DNA from: Neodothiora populina
Taxonomy: Eukaryota
Assembly: GCF_041146345.1 (NCBI RefSeq)
Contig: NW_027191415.1
Span: forward strand, 558,001 to 622,000
Direction: 5' to 3'
DNA: 64,000 nt
Shown here: in pieces, positions 59,411-64,000 of the stretch
How positions within the stretch are numbered: the stretch's first letter is position 1
Layout of the letters: each line of letters opens with the position of its first letter
The notes under the pieces: model-generated
The model's input: only the letters and a program-made list of their open reading frames with translations
Database searches by the model: none
What the model was told of the DNA's origin: nothing
Made by a program: the position numbers and the translations under genes

Positions 59411-62045
59411 TTATAAATCATCGTCGTCGTCATTCACTTTACCGAAACTCTGTCCGAGCTCAATGTCGGCGCCGGATTCAGCGAGGGACTCCTCAGGCAT
59501 CGCGACTGCACCGAACCTGGGCCAGTTCACTCCACCAGTCTTGAGCACTCGTGCTAGATCCAGATCGGCGTCTTTGAACCATCTTTCGCGTCTGGTGAGT
59601 GATCTTTGGCCGCCTTCTAGCGCACTCCTCGCTGCTCTGGTCGTCCTCATCTTCTTGATGGGTAGTCCTGGAGGTCCTACTCCAATCATTGGATCATCGC
59701 TCACGCCGCCAAGACGTGCTCGTTGAGCTTCCAAAGCTAGATCGTAGGCAGCTATGGAACGAACATAGGGAGCTATGTCTACTGCGATGGGCTTGAACGG
59801 CCCGTCGAGATTTGTCCAGGTGAAACTAGGTGCCGATGAGAAGGAGTTGACGGCGCATTGGTAGGCGAGTGGTTCGAGGGCTTCCGAGAAGTCTTGACGT
59901 TTGAGCGATATATGACCCGTGCTCCTTTCTGCGATTTGCTCGACCATCTTTGGGCTTCGAGTGTCGAGGGGTTCATGATGATAGACATTAGCTGCAAGAC
60001 TGCAGCAGCTCACCGCCAAGTGTGTGTCTGTCGATAAGTAATCCAGTCTCAGAGGCGTTTGCAGCAAGACCATGCCATTGATAAAGTTCGTGCGGGATCG
60101 ATCTGAAATCTCGGGATCGGTAGTGTCCATCTCAGTTGTACCTGGTAAGCCCACTTTACAGAAGACATCTGTATCGCTGATTGTTTGTGAGAGATGTTCA
60201 TAGTCTTGCAGGGTTTTGAGGCATGCAAGTCTGTCGCCGCTGTCTGGCATGACACGATGGGGACTTTCGAAGAGCTTGTGTCGTGGGTCGATATCCCACC
60301 GCTCCCACATCTGCGTCAGGAGCTCCTCTGTACTACACTCAATTTGCTGCTCAGCGTGCGGAAGGTAAGTGAAGGAACCCATGCCTGCACGGTATGTGCC
60401 CTCACTGAACACTCTGAGAGGCTCTACATCAGCGTTTGTGACATCCATGGGCGGCCATCTTTGGAAGATCCATCCCAGACCGCCGCGGGGATCTCCAACT
60501 CCCATCTGACACCAAAACTGCATTTCGGCGATGCTTGCTCTCAGATCACGGTTCTTCGATTCGTACAGCGAGTTCAGGGCTTGCGGGTCCAGCCCGTGGC
60601 CTTCCTTTGCTGCGATGAGTCCAAGATAGGAAGCTACGAGGGCTGTAGGAGGCGGTGTAATACGCAGCACAGCGTGCAAACGCATTGCCTGCAAAGGAAC
60701 GAGGTCCTCGTCATTACACGTCATGATGACAGGACGCTTGGAATTGAGGATCAGCGTCAACACCGTCTGCCAGAAACCTTTGTCTTCGTCAAACAGCACG
60801 TCGACTTCCTCCAGCAAAATCAGAGACTGTTTCTGGGCGCGAGACGGCTTGGTCTTAGTCAGAGTCTGCTGAAGTGTCTGCCTTGGTTGTGATATTGGTC
60901 TGCTAGGAGCTACCTGTGAGGACTTGGACTTCATCTTGAAGAAAGCACCCATGGTGCCTTGTCTCCCGGAGGCCAGATCCTTCTTGAAGGCTTCTGAAAG
61001 CCTGCCCGCATCCTCGTCAGCAGAAGTGTTTCCTGTGTCGGCAGATCGTCCTTGTACGAGGTGATTCTCAAGCATGTCGCCGACCCGCTCCAGGACATCT
61101 CTACCACTTCTGCGAGAACTAGAATTGATCTCGAATATCTCAAAGTCGAGCTCCTTCGCGACAGCGTGGACCATGGCCGATTTGCCACAGCCGGACGGCC
61201 CACTGATGACCAGGGCATTCGACAGTTTCACACTGCCACCTTGGGCATGTACGAGCGAGCGCTTTTGTGACGAACCCTGGGACGATGGTAGCTCCTCAGG
61301 CTCGGAGAGCTGATCCAGGATGTTGCTTTCTTCGTCACTATCAACGATGAAGTCATCAAGGTCTTCTGCCCTCTTGCGTCGTTTCTTCTTTGGTTTGCGA
61401 TCGGCGGCGCCGGTACTAGGGGTACCAGGGACGGAGCTGTGTACAGCAACGATGGTTAGAGCCTTCACCCAGTCTCGCAAGACGGTGGCTTCCTTGCCAA
61501 CGCACAGAACATGGCCGATAGAGGTCGGGGCGTACTTTTGAGTCCATGCGTGAGTCTCCGACCGTACGTTGTCGTAGGGGGAAAGGTGCGCAAGATTTTT
61601 ATAAATCTCCGCACAAGCAGGATGCGCGGCTGCAGCTGAACTGACGTGGGGCGCAGTGAGAAGTTGTATCTGGGACCCCTGGTAGAGTCGTCGAGTGGGA
61701 ACGCGAAGCGACTCGGGTGGATCGGAGAAGCCGTCGATACGAACATGTGACTTTTGGCGGAAGTCCAGTCGCTGGCGGTAGTGGTCCAATATATCTTCGA
61801 CGGGATCCAGAACGGAGCTTCGTCCTTTCATCTTGCGTGACAAGGTCGCCACAGTTTGTTGAGCAGGTCTAGAAGGGGGTTTGGAATCTGTGTAATCACC
61901 CCGTACGTGGGCCATGCCTTTGGATGGAAACGGAGCATAGGTCATGCCTGGCTGCTTGGAAACCATGCGGTCTCGTTGAGAGGAGAAGGGGACGCAGAAG
62001 TCGCCATCATCGGCTTCATGCACAGCCTGTTGGTGTTGTGACTGC

Positions 62046-62115
<70 letters not shown>

Positions 62116-63166
62116 GCTGCCGCTGAGCTCTCAGCTTTCCCGGAGTAACGGCGGATGGTCTTCGGGGACTGATCTCAGGTGGTGGAGCAGACGGTGCAGA
62201 CTCAGACACAGGCCTGGGTCTCCCTGAGAAGAAGGGATGGGTAGGTACCCGCGAGGCGCGCCCTTTGCGTGCAGGAGGTGGAGGCATAAACTTGGTGGGC
62301 AATTTGACGATGAGACTCGGGCGAATGTATCGCTCGCTTCCAGATAGAATGCGGTCAATTCTACCACCCACATCGCGCTCATCCAGGGCATAGTGACAGA
62401 CGACGTTCCGGTGCTTGCCCTTTTCCCTGCCATCCAAACCCTTCCCAGTCTTCTTTTGGGGTCCACTCTCTTTCACAGGCGATGCAAGTCGACCTCCAGC
62501 CTTGAGCTGCATCATCCTCTTAGGTGGGCTTTTCGGTGGTAGAGTGAGAGGAACCTCTTGGGCCGGAGGAGGTGGCTTCATGGATTGATCGGCTGAGGGT
62601 GGTGCATTGTCGACGATTTGTCCCGACGTCGAGATCAGGGACGCCGCTTCTGGTTGAGACGAGGGCAGATTGGTGGGACTCGACACAGGTACAACCATAT
62701 CCTCGGCGCCTCGATCGTCTGGTTGGTGCAGAGAAGGTGGTGTGTACGGAGGGGGAGGGGTCGAAGTGTCGTGTACATCGTCCTGGCTCAATCTGCGCCT
62801 CTTTCTACGCATATCGCTCTGCTCCTCGGTTGTCTCTTCTGTTGCTGGCTTGGCTTGTGCATCGATTTGTACATTGGGAACAGCGACGAAACTCGTCACT
62901 GTCGACTGCACCCCCTTGCCCTTTCCTCGACCTCTCGGTCGTCCACGCCCGCGTTTAGTGGCTGTGGGAAATGGATCCTTGGATGCAGATGGGTTCATGG
63001 TCATGTCCGTGTCTGTGTCATTGTTGACTACTTGAACATTGGGCGGAGGGGCTGCATCATGTCTGTCGACCTCGTGACCATCGTCTCTGGACGGCTTGTT
63101 GGCAAAGAAAGGATGCAATGACTTTCGACCATTGTCCATTGGGGGCAGAACCGACGCTGCTGCCAT
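59411..63166 (-). CDS. ELG1: Elg1/ATAD5, large subunit of the PCNA-unloading alternative RFC complex
   Basis: WTQKYAP, ISGPSGCGKSAMVHAVAKELDFEIFEINSSSRRSG, LILLEEVDVLFDEDKGFW, SKRPVIMTCN, DLRASI. Confidence 0.88.
62042..62119 (-). repeat. CAG(CAA)23(CAG)2 in-frame repeat encoding Q26 in Elg1
   Basis: Counted directly from the (TTG)n run on the plus strand. Confidence 0.95.
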
Positions 63167-63347
63167 TCAGTCCTGCATTCATCCGTTGGTTTTATGATGG
63201 CAGTGAAGCGGAGTCAAGAAGGAGATTTGGTTGAATTGTGCGGGAAATGGCCACACAAGTCGTCGAGACACCGTTCCTTCCTCAAGCTACAGTAGTTGTA
63301 CGTGCCTACCTTATACAGCAGCAAGGTAATTATAAAGTAATGACGGC

Positions 63348-63363
63348 ACGCGTTTCGACGCGT
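63348..63363. promoter_or_regulatory. Two perfect MCB elements (ACGCGT-TTCG-ACGCGT) in the ELG1/UTP8-like divergent promoter
   Basis: ACGCGT at 63348-63353 and 63358-63363, about 180 bp upstream of the ELG1 ATG. Confidence 0.7.
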
Positions 63364-63641
63364 CTGGAGAAGCGCAGCCGATGCGTGTCAGGCAGAAAGC
63401 GCCCGCCGTAATTGATCGATTGTACAAGTACCAGGTAGCGCTTGGCACTTGATCAACCCCCCGCAAAGTCCGAGCAGACCAGTAACGCAAACGGCGTTAG
63501 CGTCAAAGTCTAAGTAACTTTTTGCGACTTGCATGAATTATTGCTTCAGATCTGATTTAGAGGCAAGAGCGAAGGAAAGACGGAAGGAACCCTCTCCCAA
63601 CTTCTCTCCCTTCCCTTTGATCCTCACCGCCGCGCAACACA

Positions 63642-64000
63642 ATGTCACAGGAAGCGCTGGTTGAAGCGCCATTCACTCTTGCATCTCTGCCCACACCATA
63701 CGATGCTACTGCTGGGAAAACCCTTGCTGCGCCCGTCTACGGTCTCCGCGCGCAGAGATGGAGGAAAAGATCTGAGATTGCCGTCGCCGTCGACGGCGAC
63801 GGCATAACCATCTACAACGTATGTTATCCCTATGAATGTGATGTAATCTGCTGATCTAATCATCTTATCCAATGCTCAGGTGCGCAATCCTCGCCTTGTC
63901 ACGTCGTATGCTCTCCCTCCGCAGACTCGATTCCTCTGCCCGCCCTACTCGGTCTACTACAAACCTTCGGGACAGAAAGCACAACGAGTCACATACGCCG
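63642..64000 (+). CDS. Utp8/NOL11-like beta-propeller protein, 3' end outside window; intron 63819-63879
   Basis: Spliced ...RSEIAVAVDGDGITIYN|VRNPRLVTSYALPPQTRFLCPPYSVYY resembles Pezizomycotina Utp8 N-termini. Confidence 0.65.

Noticed and set aside
1..64000. Secondary-metabolite or other functional gene cluster
   Set aside because: No PKS/NRPS/terpene backbone; the genes are functionally unrelated housekeeping loci.

Overview
Gene-dense window from a filamentous ascomycete. It has short GT-AG introns of about 50-70 nt with CTRAY branch points and Pezizomycotina-type proteins; a Dothideomycete is plausible but is only my inference. About 22 protein genes were reconstructed by hand, many spliced and therefore fragmented in the ORF track: an Ams2-like split-GATA factor (5'-truncated), Yrb1, Taf14, an unknown type-II membrane protein, a GT15/Ktr mannosyltransferase, a DUF4604 protein, Tul1/Dsc1, Fzo1, Vps2, Ptc1, Snf4, a PTH11-like membrane protein, a tandemly duplicated F-box-like protein, a probable Mediator Med2/Med29, Pub1, Pif1, a PTGR-type oxidoreductase, an orphan TM/coiled-coil protein, a Pex11-family protein, a Zn2Cys6 factor, Elg1 and a 3'-truncated Utp8-like gene. 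I saw no tRNA, rRNA, transposon or CRISPR. The best candidate for something undescribed is an unannotated minus-strand spliced locus at about 6.3-7.2 kb with no convincing ORF, whose two long introns each carry complementary arms enclosing a structured core. Other notable signals are a dual-start (mitochondrial/nuclear) Pif1, matching paired MCB-like elements upstream of PIF1 and ELG1, and an orphan membrane protein with an Atg8-binding-like motif. All identifications come from sequence recognition by eye; no searches or folding programs were run.
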